A stretch of DNA of 33,894 nt from a virus (IMGVR_UViG_3300020045_006358:1-33894), one strand, 5' to 3'; shown: positions 18,232 through 26,177, numbered from the stretch's first letter. Notes: generated by a model from the sequence alone, not told the origin. Made by a program: numbers and translations.

Positions 18232-18621
18232 TCACACCCATCTCCGGATTGTGCACCGAGCGTGCTCAACTCCATCTTTCATGAAAAAACTATCTTGAGA
18301 GCCAAAATAGAGATCCGGCTCCCACCCATCAGGGCGTTGATCGGTGGCGGCTATGGACGCTATTTGTTTTTTTGTTTTCCACTCGGATGGCGGCATGACA
18401 AATTCAAATTTCTTGTGTTCCATCGTCTTGCCAACTTTATCCAGCCCATAAGTCTCTGCGGCCGACATTTCTACGGAAGAAAGCCTACCGAATGCGGCGC
18501 AAGTATTTTCGGGAGAAACCAGACCCCTGAAAAATGTTATATTTGATCCGGAATCTTTTATTTCAATACTCAGGCCATCCGCAGACAAAAGCATCGTTAT
18601 TTTGCAGTCTTTAAGTTTCAT
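18232..18621 (-). CDS. Hypothetical protein
   Basis: ATGA-coupled, 129 aa. Confidence 0.65.
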   Translation of the reverse strand: MKLKDCKITMLLSADGLSIEIKDSGSNITFFRGLVSPENTCAAFGRLSSVEMSAAETYGLDKVGKTMEHKKFEFVMPPSEWKTKKQIASIAATDQRPDGWEPDLYFGSQDSFFMKDGVEHARCTIRRWV

Positions 18622-19079
18622 TCCACCATCGCCTCCGCCATATTTGAAATTTCTTCCGGTGACAATCTGGGCCAGTACTCCACGCTGATGAATGAACAAA
18701 TTTCAACCATCGTATCTCTAAAATCATATTCTGACATAGACTCAAAAGATAGGCTTTGCGGGGTGCGGTGCTCAACCATCCCCAACCCCTTGACCCTTAT
18801 CAGCGCAACGTCAGTGGAAACCCCACTCTCAATTTGGAGAAGTTTCAAACACTGGTGAGGGTCTACCCCCGAGAACCTTTCGATATTCTCCGAAACGAGC
18901 TTTCCGAGTGCATGGGCGAACCGATGGAAACCGGGGTTGCGCGGCTTGGCAATCTGAGCAAATACCAGATCCCCATGCTTCATTTTTGCAAGCGCCGCCG
19001 CGCTCGCCGAATCCGCCACAACAAGACCGGAGTTGGTTCGGGATTTTGCTACCCGGAAGGCGTATTTATTCTTACTCAT
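18618..19079 (-). CDS. DUF1367-like (NinB-related) protein
   Basis: KPRNPGFHRFAHAL and PQSLSFESMSEYDF motifs. Confidence 0.7.
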   Translation of the reverse strand: MSKNKYAFRVAKSRTNSGLVVADSASAAALAKMKHGDLVFAQIAKPRNPGFHRFAHALGKLVSENIERFSGVDPHQCLKLLQIESGVSTDVALIRVKGLGMVEHRTPQSLSFESMSEYDFRDTMVEICSFISVEYWPRLSPEEISNMAEAMVE

Positions 19080-19693
19080 GCCATCACCACCGATTTTTTA
19101 ATCAGGACAAGCTTTCTGAACTCATCAATTCTCTGGTCGATCATTTCAAATTCATCCGCCATTTCTAATTTTGTAACCCGGTAAACAATGAGTTGCTTTT
19201 CTTCTGGGAATTCAGAACAATACGAGACAAAATCAATCCACTCGCGCCCCGAAACCTTCAACTCTTGGGCGAGTTGCCAGCGGTATTTTGGATCATATTT
19301 CCCCCGCTCTTTCGTGGCATATTGAGTCGCACCGATCACACTCTTGATTTCTACCAGCCCATCATCGTAAACGTGTCCATCAGGGCTCAACCCAATATCT
19401 TCCCCGTGCATGTAATACCCGCCGTTGGAAACCTCACAAAAATAGAGATCTTCGTATTTCATCCGGGCTATAGGTTCCTGCAAGTGGCCCCGTTCCATGT
19501 GCTCGTTGGAGTATCCAGACTCTTGCTTCTGCCCGGTGATTTGTTCCAAGGCCACCCGAAGCGCGAGCTTATGAGCAGGTTCTCCGAAGGCTTTCCCAAA
19601 ATTTGCCATGACAATATGAAGTTCCGACCCGCCAACCCTGCCGACGCGTAACTGCTCCCACTCGTCCCCGTTCTGTTCAACGTCGATCCACAT
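19076..19693 (-). CDS. YqaJ / lambda-exonuclease family nuclease
   Basis: QNGDEWEQLRVGRVGGS, MERGHLQEP, SPDG, LVEIKS, WIDFVSY. Confidence 0.92.
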   Translation of the reverse strand: MWIDVEQNGDEWEQLRVGRVGGSELHIVMANFGKAFGEPAHKLALRVALEQITGQKQESGYSNEHMERGHLQEPIARMKYEDLYFCEVSNGGYYMHGEDIGLSPDGHVYDDGLVEIKSVIGATQYATKERGKYDPKYRWQLAQELKVSGREWIDFVSYCSEFPEEKQLIVYRVTKLEMADEFEMIDQRIDEFRKLVLIKKSVVMA

Positions 19694-19694
19694 A

Positions 19695-20219
19695 TCAACC
19701 CTCTGCTCCCGGCTCGGCTATAGCTTCTGTTTTAATTTTAGCCTTGTTCTCATCGGAAATAGTCATGCGCTTCTCAATGGCGTCATAGTTCCCGTCGCGC
19801 TTGTATGCCTCGATAGCGTTCTTCCATGCCTGGGTGTTGGGGTGGAGGTCGGGCTTGATCGTTCGTGGCTTCTCCGTTGAAATCCGCAAGCCCTCGACAG
19901 TATCCTTACCGAAGCGCACATGGTCATCGACATAGATTGTCACGGGTACGTTATTCCAGTCGTCAATAAAGGCCGACCCGGTAAGTTTTTTAAGGGTGCG
20001 GGAATTTGTGGCGTTCAAGATCATCGGCTTCAACGCCTCGCCGGGCCGGATCTCTTTTTCAGAGAAATATGCCGTGTTAAAAACGTCCTTGGTTTTCTTT
20101 GTCTGGTCGGGATCAAGCCGGACTTTAGCAATCACCAGAACTGTGGGCTCTACAATATCGGCGCTTGACAGATACGGGGAATCGAATGCCTTGCGGTAAT
20201 GTGTCTTGTTCTCGTTCAT
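19695..20219 (-). CDS. Uncharacterised protein in the ssDNA-annealing protein position
   Basis: Immediately upstream of the exonuclease; SPYLSSAD, KPMILNATN, FIDDW, EGLRI motifs; no RecT/ERF/Sak motif recognised. Confidence 0.6.
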   Translation of the reverse strand: MNENKTHYRKAFDSPYLSSADIVEPTVLVIAKVRLDPDQTKKTKDVFNTAYFSEKEIRPGEALKPMILNATNSRTLKKLTGSAFIDDWNNVPVTIYVDDHVRFGKDTVEGLRISTEKPRTIKPDLHPNTQAWKNAIEAYKRDGNYDAIEKRMTISDENKAKIKTEAIAEPGAEG

Positions 20220-20222
20220 CGT

Positions 20223-20507
20223 TTATCTCCATCCTGCGGCATCGCGCCGTTCTTCGTATTTTGCCTGTTCGTATTCGGCCAGCCGTTCGGCCTTGGCTTC
20301 CGCTGCAATTTTTGCGCGTTCCCATCGGATCTTGTCTTCGATGAGCGAGACAACCTTGTCTTTCAAGTCGTCCGATTCTATGACTTCGGCCTTGATATAT
20401 CCCAACATTGGCCCACCATCCCACTCGTAACCAACTACAATATCTTTCCCGCCCCACTGGATTGTGATCTCTTCCATCCCGCAATCTGTAATTGTTATTC
20501 CAGTCAT
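20223..20507 (-). CDS. Hypothetical protein
   Basis: 94 aa, C-terminal helix ending YEERRD. Confidence 0.65.
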   Translation of the reverse strand: MTGITITDCGMEEITIQWGGKDIVVGYEWDGGPMLGYIKAEVIESDDLKDKVVSLIEDKIRWERAKIAAEAKAERLAEYEQAKYEERRDAAGWR

Positions 20508-20534
20508 TTCTTATCCCCTATACGTTTTGCCAAA

Positions 20535-20693
20535 TCACGCCCCAGCCAGCCAAGCAAGGCCAGCCAAAAGGCCGATAACAAGACATAGAATAGTGGCATC
20601 CTTCGCTACCTCCATCGTGGTCTGTCTCGCCATTTTAAGAAATTGGGCCGCATCGTACAGCATAGGGCCGGTGATGGTTTGGGTGGGTTTCAT
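20535..20693 (-). CDS. 52-aa peptide with C-terminal TM segment
   Basis: Manual translation MKPTQTITGP...TILCLVIGLLAGLAWLAGA; ATGA overlap. Confidence 0.5.
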   Translation of the reverse strand: MKPTQTITGPMLYDAAQFLKMARQTTMEVAKDATILCLVIGLLAGLAWLAGA

Positions 20694-20887
20694 GCCGCCA
20701 CCTCAAACGCCTCGGCCTGTGCTTTGTCAACGATGGGCCGGAAGGTCTTCGACATGAAGTCCAGCCGGTCGCAGTAATTCGCCATGTCAAACGTCAGTGG
20801 GAGCTCGGCGGGTGACTCGGCAATGATCCGGGAAAGTTCTTCCTTCGCTGTGATGGTTCGGTAAAATGCGTCGATCAATGACTTCAT
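20690..20887 (-). CDS. Hypothetical protein, probable first gene of the early operon
   Basis: RBS aaagga before MKSLIDAFYR; ends EVAA. Confidence 0.6.
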   Translation of the reverse strand: MKSLIDAFYRTITAKEELSRIIAESPAELPLTFDMANYCDRLDFMSKTFRPIVDKAQAEAFEVAA

Positions 20888-21320
20888 GGAGGTTCCTTTC
20901 TTTTTGGTTTGCGGCCTCGGCTTCTTTCGCATTTCGCCCAACGCGCTGGTGATCGTTCGGGGCCGATAGTTTAATGACAGCCGCTTTCTGCTGAATGCCT
21001 CCGGTCCAAGGCGGATGTGGCTCACTCAGCATTTCAAAGATTTCCGGGGGATTCGTGGATTGCGAGGTTACGAGTTAACCCCCGGTCGGCTGAATTGCCG
21101 AAATCGTTATATTTTGTGTAGCCCCCGCCAGCCACCGGGGGCGTTATCTGACTTGCGGAACTTGCCCGGTGACTGGCCGGGTCTTTGAGGTTGGTTGCGG
21201 CTGGTGAAATTGGTATTGCGTCCCCATTCGGGGTGGCCTCCACCCCTTTCTGAATATAGGGTTTTAGCCGTTCTCCCAACGGCTCCAAATCAATGGGCCG
21301 TTTCGTGGGTTGATGGTTTG

Positions 21321-21349
21321 GTTATACGCTGACTGGCACATTTTGTCAA
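21321..21349 (-). promoter_or_regulatory. PL-like sigma70 promoter with operator-like site
   Basis: TTGACA-17 bp-TATAAC; contains ATACGC-N6-GCACAT. Confidence 0.85.
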
Positions 21350-21396
21350 TAGAAAAATGCGCGCATAGGCTTAATATTTATTTTTTACCTGGGGAA

Positions 21397-21789
21397 TTAA
21401 AAACGGGTAGAGTGTGGCTTTTTTCGGGTTGGGGTGGGAGGTGCTAACTTCGATTGTGATTTTAGCAAATATTTATTTCTAATATCTGTATATTTATATT
21501 GCATAGCAATAAGGGCCTTATTTTTTTTCAAAAGTTCCACTGATAGCTTGTTTATCTGCTCTATTAGGAGCCGTGTAACATCGGATTCTACACTCCCGCC
21601 CCGGTTGCAATATTTTTCCCACACTCTTTTTAGGTGGTTGTAAATTTCGGGGCCTGGGTTTTTTATTTTTCCGGTTTTGATCTTGCTTAGATTGTCGTGT
21701 TTGAAACCCTCTTGCCTGACAAGATCCGCCATTTTCATTTTTGCCGCTGAAAGTGTTTCTTCTAATAGTTCTCTGGCTGGTTTTTCCAT
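21397..21789 (-). CDS. CI-like repressor (XRE HTH plus coiled coil, no S24 peptidase)
   Basis: ADLVRQEGFKHDNLSKIKTGKIKNPG HTH; divergent from cro; AT-rich. Confidence 0.75.
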   Translation of the reverse strand: MEKPARELLEETLSAAKMKMADLVRQEGFKHDNLSKIKTGKIKNPGPEIYNHLKRVWEKYCNRGGSVESDVTRLLIEQINKLSVELLKKNKALIAMQYKYTDIRNKYLLKSQSKLAPPTPTRKKPHSTRF

Positions 21790-21807
21790 TCGACACCTCT
21801 TTTGCGC

Positions 21808-21836
21808 TTGACAAAATACGCTAATGGGCGTATGCT
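21808..21836 (+). promoter_or_regulatory. PR-like sigma70 promoter with palindromic operator
   Basis: TTGACA-17 bp-TATGCT; ATACGC-N6-GCGTAT inverted repeat over spacer and -10. Confidence 0.85.
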
Positions 21837-21843
21837 TGTATCC

Positions 21844-22029
21844 ATGAAACTACAAGACTACCTATCAAACACCGGCCAATCGATCCTTGCTTTCTCTAAA
21901 AAATCCGGGGTTATTCACTCAACCCTCTGGAGAATGATTAATGAAGGCAGAGAACCTAACTTCAAAACAATGCAGAAAATAATTGACGCCTCTGGAGGAA
22001 AGATCACCATAGCCGCCTATTTTGATTAA
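21844..22029 (+). CDS. Cro-like HTH regulator
   Basis: MKLQDYL...AFSKKSGVIHSTLWRMINEGREP...IIDASGGKIT; 61 aa. Confidence 0.85.
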   Translation: MKLQDYLSNTGQSILAFSKKSGVIHSTLWRMINEGREPNFKTMQKIIDASGGKITIAAYFD

Positions 22030-22058
22030 AATATGTTCCGCTAAATATGGTTTGTCAA
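22030..22058 (-). promoter_or_regulatory. Leftward promoter in PRE-like position
   Basis: TTGACA-17 bp-CATATT directly downstream of cro, pointing toward the repressor. Confidence 0.55.
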
Positions 22059-22107
22059 GTAAAAATTGTGTTTTTTTGCGTATACGCAAATTAATCAAGG
22101 GGATGCA

Positions 22108-22269
22108 ATGCGAGAAATAGCCAAAATTCAACTTGCCGCACTCACCGAATACGCCAAGCGGCTCGAAAAGGTGAGAAGGCCGGATAGCCCGTATCTGCAC
22201 GATGAGCTTTTTAGAATCGCCCGGATTAAGGCGCGAATTATCAAGGACAAATTAAGGGGTGCTGAATGA
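22108..22269 (+). CDS. Small hypothetical protein (cII position)
   Basis: RBS aagggg; ATGA overlap with initiator gene. Confidence 0.55.
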   Translation: MREIAKIQLAALTEYAKRLEKVRRPDSPYLHDELFRIARIKARIIKDKLRGAE

Positions 22270-23045
22270 GTGGGATGCCATGGTTCAGGATGTATTCCGA
22301 AATGATAGAAGACCCTAAGGTCGGGTCGCTTCAAGATGGTGAGTTTAGGCTATGGGTCGAGCTTCTTTGTCTCGCGTGTTTGTCCGGGGCGGATGGTGAT
22401 ACTCAAATGACAATAGAAGAGCTTAATTGGAAACTTCGAAGAAACGTTTCTGAAACGTTTCTGAAACTTCAATGTAACAATTTAGTTGTTTCATGCAACG
22501 TTGGTGGTCGAGAAACCGTCAAAATCACGAATTGGAACAAGCGCCAATACCCGAGCGACAACAGCACCAGCCGGGTTATAAAGTTCCGTAAAAACAACGC
22601 CATACCAACAAAAAAAGGAAACGTTTCAGAAACGTTTCTGAAACGGAAATGTAACGGTATAGATACAGATACAGATACAGATAATAAAAGACTCTTCGTC
22701 GGAGATTCCGACGAGGTGAGACTTTCTGAAATCCTTTTTTCAAAGATTCTCCTGAATAACCGCAATGCAAAAAAGCCCAACATCCAATCTTGGGCGAAAC
22801 ATATTGACCTGATGATTCGGGTGGACAAGCGGCCCCCGGCAGATATTGAGTCAGTCATTGTCTGGTGCCAGTCCGACACGTTTTGGATGAACAACATCCT
22901 GTCAACGGCGAAGCTCCGTGAAAAGTACGATCAACTTTCCTTGAAGATGGGGCGGAATATCCCACGGCCAACAATAGTCCCACCTACCGGCCCGGACGGT
23001 AAGCCAGAAACCCAAGAAGAACGGATAAGGCGGCTATGCAGCTAA
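22266..23045 (+). CDS. Replication initiator (O-like / replisome organizer)
   Basis: MPWFRMYSEMIEDPKV, ITNWNKRQY...STSRV, DTDTDTD linker, C-terminal FWMNNILSTAKLREKYDQL. Confidence 0.88.
   Translation: MSGMPWFRMYSEMIEDPKVGSLQDGEFRLWVELLCLACLSGADGDTQMTIEELNWKLRRNVSETFLKLQCNNLVVSCNVGGRETVKITNWNKRQYPSDNSTSRVIKFRKNNAIPTKKGNVSETFLKRKCNGIDTDTDTDNKRLFVGDSDEVRLSEILFSKILLNNRNAKKPNIQSWAKHIDLMIRVDKRPPADIESVIVWCQSDTFWMNNILSTAKLREKYDQLSLKMGRNIPRPTIVPPTGPDGKPETQEERIRRLCS
22441..22690. repeat. Iteron-type replication origin inside the initiator gene
   Basis: Palindrome GAAACGTTTC at 22441, 22452, 22618, 22629, in two 38-bp modules; followed by AGATAC repeats and an A-rich tract. Confidence 0.8.
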
Positions 23046-24367
23046 CAACCCCTCCACAGAACATCGACGCAGAGGAAAGCGTAATCGCCGGGTGCCTCAT
23101 GTTCCCGGAGTTCGCTTCCGGGTTCGCCGGGCTGATTAAGCCGGACGATTTTTACCGGACGCAGAATGGAGTGATATTCGCTGAAATTTGCAAGCTGGTT
23201 GAAAAGCGCCAACAGGTCGACGCGCTGATTATCTGCGACCGGCTCAAGGATGCGATATTTCCGGGGGATCTTGGAATAGCACAGTACATAGCCGAGGTTT
23301 CGACCGCCCCCGTGCCGAGCAACGCCGAACATTACGCTGGAATAATCAAAGACGCCTCCACCTCAAGAAAAACCATCCAGACCTGCCAGAAGGCAATTTC
23401 GGACCTGTCTTCCGGCGAACCCATAGCGGAGGTCATAAACAAGCTCCAGTCGTCCACGCTCGACTTAGGGGCAGATTCTGCCGACAAATTTTACACAATG
23501 GAGGATTTGGCGCACAGCAGTATCGAGCGATACGAGGCCATGAGAAAACAGGCTATATCAGAAAAGCGCATCAAGACCGGCTTCCATCTGCTCGACCACC
23601 TTACCGGGGGGATCTCCGGGTCGAAGCTGATTATCATTGCCGCCCGCCCAGGTGTGGGGAAGACCGCCTTCATGTGCAACTTGATCGAAAACATGGCGAA
23701 GGCCCGGAGGCGTTGCGGTGTCTTTGAGTTGGAGATGGACAAGGAAGAACTGGAAGACAGGTGGTTTTCGTCCCTGTCCGGCATCAATTCCGCAAGGCTC
23801 ACTTCGTCCCAAGAACTTACCCGTGGTGAGTGGGACGATATAAGCCGGGTAGCTGCGGCTAAGGCGTCGTGGCCGGTTATCCTTGATGATACCGGGGGGT
23901 TGACCATAGCAGAAATCAAGCGCCGATGCAGGAAGATGAAAAGTATGGGTGCTGAGATAATTTTCATCGACCAACTTTCCAAGATCAAGGGCAACCGGAA
24001 ACTAGATATTTTTGAGCGCAACACCGAGCACGTTGAAGAACTGGGATCGCTCAAGAAAGAGCTTCGGATTCCCATCGTCCTATTGGCCCAGCTCAACCGC
24101 GATCTCGAAAAGCGGCCCATCCATGAGCGCAAGCCCCGCCTGTCCGACCTGAAAAACACCGGCCAACTTGAGGAAGAGGGTGACATGGTTCTTTTGGGGT
24201 ATCGCCCCTGGTTGTACTCGCAGAAACCAGAGGATGAACCCAAGGCGGAGTGGGAACTCGCAAAACACCGAGGTGGCCCGATCAGCAATATGGAAATGGT
24301 TTGGGTGGCGAAACACGCCAGATTTGAAAACATAGCGAAGGAAGAATGGAGTGGAAAATACCAATGA
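23036..24367 (+). CDS. dnaB: Replicative DNA helicase, DnaB family
   Basis: PPQNIDAEESVI N-domain, AARPGVGKT Walker A, ELEM, LAQLNR, PRLSDLKNTGQLEEEGD, AKHRGGP. Confidence 0.95.
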   Translation: MQLTTPPQNIDAEESVIAGCLMFPEFASGFAGLIKPDDFYRTQNGVIFAEICKLVEKRQQVDALIICDRLKDAIFPGDLGIAQYIAEVSTAPVPSNAEHYAGIIKDASTSRKTIQTCQKAISDLSSGEPIAEVINKLQSSTLDLGADSADKFYTMEDLAHSSIERYEAMRKQAISEKRIKTGFHLLDHLTGGISGSKLIIIAARPGVGKTAFMCNLIENMAKARRRCGVFELEMDKEELEDRWFSSLSGINSARLTSSQELTRGEWDDISRVAAAKASWPVILDDTGGLTIAEIKRRCRKMKSMGAEIIFIDQLSKIKGNRKLDIFERNTEHVEELGSLKKELRIPIVLLAQLNRDLEKRPIHERKPRLSDLKNTGQLEEEGDMVLLGYRPWLYSQKPEDEPKAEWELAKHRGGPISNMEMVWVAKHARFENIAKEEWSGKYQ

Positions 24368-24831
24368 ATTGCATAGATTGCGGAACGAAGAAGTCAAGAT
24401 GCGTTGACACCCGAGCATTCAACATGATCGACGCCGACGGAGAAAAGGTTTGCGGAACTCGCCGGACGTATGAGTGCCGGGAATGCGATATCCGGTTTTC
24501 GACAGACGAGACATATTCCGGGATTGTGGCGTCCAGGGTGGGGCGTGGTGCTCATCTCAAGGCAACCACCAAACATGCCAGGTCAGACATTGCCCGTCAG
24601 GCGCTCAAGGGGAAATATGCCACGATGACCGACGAACAGAAAATCGAGATTGGCAAGCGACTCCAGGCGGGAAGAGAAAAAAAGCGCCAATATACGGCAA
24701 TCGGGAAAGTGGCACTTCAAGAGAACGCAGCCAGAGCCAGGGCCGCAAAAGTGAGCCCTCCCGACGATGTGGCCAAGGGGGTTGAGGCGTTTTTAAAATA
24801 CAGCGAACGATTGAAAGAGAGGGCCGCATAA
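24364..24831 (+). CDS. NrdR-type zinc-ribbon protein lacking an ATP-cone
   Basis: MNCIDCG...RCVDTR...TRRTYECRECDIRFSTDE matches the NrdR N-terminal pattern CxxC..V.DSR..RRRRECxxC..RFTT.E; the C-terminus is a basic helical region. Confidence 0.7.
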   Translation: MNCIDCGTKKSRCVDTRAFNMIDADGEKVCGTRRTYECRECDIRFSTDETYSGIVASRVGRGAHLKATTKHARSDIARQALKGKYATMTDEQKIEIGKRLQAGREKKRQYTAIGKVALQENAARARAAKVSPPDDVAKGVEAFLKYSERLKERAA

Positions 24832-25169
24832 TGCAAGGCATACTACACTCAACGCTATTTTTCACACAGGGCGAGGTCCAAGCCGAGAAGATTTTATGGG
24901 CCATGGTTATTGTCCAGGCCATCCAGGATTTAAAAAGCCCACGACGCGGCCCAATAGCCGAAGCGCACAGGCAGACGGCACGGGATTGGTTTTACAAAAA
25001 CAAGAGCCGGGAGCCTAAATCATTTCATTGGGTTTGCCGGATGCTGGGATTGTCAAAGAGCTATGTTTTGAGGAAGGTTGAAGATTTTGAACTGTCGGCC
25101 AGTTCTGTATCTGCAAAGGCGGGTTGGGCCAAACGGAGCCAAAACATGATTACCAGGAGGGCCGCATAG
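24831..25169 (+). CDS. Conserved-looking phage hypothetical protein
   Basis: LWAMVIVQAIQDL...ARDWF...SFHWVCRMLGL motif. Confidence 0.7.
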   Translation: MQGILHSTLFFTQGEVQAEKILWAMVIVQAIQDLKSPRRGPIAEAHRQTARDWFYKNKSREPKSFHWVCRMLGLSKSYVLRKVEDFELSASSVSAKAGWAKRSQNMITRRAA

Positions 25170-25348
25170 TGGCCCCAAATCAAGAAACCGCTCCAGAATC
25201 GATTTTAACTGGACTTTTCAACGCGGGGCGAATCCATGCCGGGGCTGGAGCGCAAAAGACGTTGTCTGACGAAGCTGGGCCGAAGGATTTGGGAAAATCT
25301 GCTGGAACATGGCCCGACTATTTCACACCACGGGAGGAAGGGCGGCAG

Positions 25349-25588
25349 ATGAAACGAAATGAGGCAATAGCCCTGATTTGTGCGGAGCTTGATAGAGCCC
25401 AAAGCCTCCATCCGACATTCCCGGTTGATACCGTCCACCAGGTCGCCGTTATGGTTGAAGAGGCCGGGGAAGCGATGCAAGCGGCGCTCAATCATGTTTA
25501 CCACGGCGGGCCGCTCGGTGCCGTGAAAACCGAAACCATCCACTCCGGGGCCATGGCGCTCCGGGTGTTGATGAATCTGGGGGTCTGA
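25349..25588 (+). CDS. MazG-like nucleotide pyrophosphohydrolase
   Basis: VMVEEAGEAMQAAL (EExxE) and KTETIHSGAMALR helices; RBS ggagg; possible in-frame N-terminal extension. Confidence 0.65.
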   Translation: MKRNEAIALICAELDRAQSLHPTFPVDTVHQVAVMVEEAGEAMQAALNHVYHGGPLGAVKTETIHSGAMALRVLMNLGV

Positions 25589-25625
25589 TGCCTGACGAAT
25601 CCGACATGGCGAACGACGAGGTAAT

Positions 25626-25925
25626 ATGATTTTAGATAACGACACCGTGGAGAAGGAAGTTAAAAGGCTTTTTCGGGAAATACCAGAATCTTCCCCGCTT
25701 TCCAAAGTTTGGAATTTACAGGTAATCCGCCTTCTCGACTCATTTGAGACTCTTGTGGGATGGTATTGTTCGGATCTTCCAGGATCAACGCTGGGGTTTT
25801 TTTTGGTGAACAGGGTGTTTGCAATAAAAATTCCAGGCAAAATAATGTGCGCGGACATCAAAACAATCTTTGACCGAATATGTATAAAAACAATCGCCTA
25901 TTATGAGTGGGAGCGGCTTTTTTAG
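25626..25925 (+). CDS. Hypothetical protein
   Basis: RBS gagg; 99 aa. Confidence 0.55.
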   Translation: MILDNDTVEKEVKRLFREIPESSPLSKVWNLQVIRLLDSFETLVGWYCSDLPGSTLGFFLVNRVFAIKIPGKIMCADIKTIFDRICIKTIAYYEWERLF

Positions 25926-25950
25926 TCAACCAACGAAAAACGGAGAGAAG

Positions 25951-26163
25951 ATGCACGGAATATTATGCAGCAACCGGGCCTATCACTTCCATGGCTGGAC
26001 GTTTGAAAACCACGCCTACCTCGGGCCGTGGCCTCTCAAAAAGAACGGAGATCCGAGGGAGCGAATGGGCCGGAGATTCCTAAAAATCTACGCCGAGTTT
26101 GACAAACTAACGAGCGCCGAACAGGAGGAATACCGGGTCGGAGGGGGATGTCAGACAATTTAA
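25951..26163 (+). CDS. Hypothetical protein
   Basis: RBS ggag; GWTFENHAYLGPWPLKKNGDPR. Confidence 0.65.
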   Translation: MHGILCSNRAYHFHGWTFENHAYLGPWPLKKNGDPRERMGRRFLKIYAEFDKLTSAEQEEYRVGGGCQTI

Positions 26164-26177
26164 CGAAAGGGGATGTG

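Noticed and set aside
21030-21300. Possible tRNA gene
   Set aside because: Hairpins are present but I could not build a cloverleaf with a T-loop GTTCRA and acceptor stem on either strand.
22441-22655. GTTTC...GAAAC repeats resembling CRISPR repeat ends
   Set aside because: Only two modules, no regular unique spacers, no cas genes, and located inside the initiator gene where iterons are expected.
22659-22683. AGATAC microsatellite as a phase-variation tract
   Set aside because: The 6-bp unit keeps frame and encodes the DTDTDTD linker common in phage initiators.
23491-24333. 280-aa antisense ORF, and similar ones at 10446-11177, 6046-6666, 25205-25861 and 32224-32802
   Set aside because: Shadow frames of well-supported genes on the opposite strand, with no recognisable motifs.
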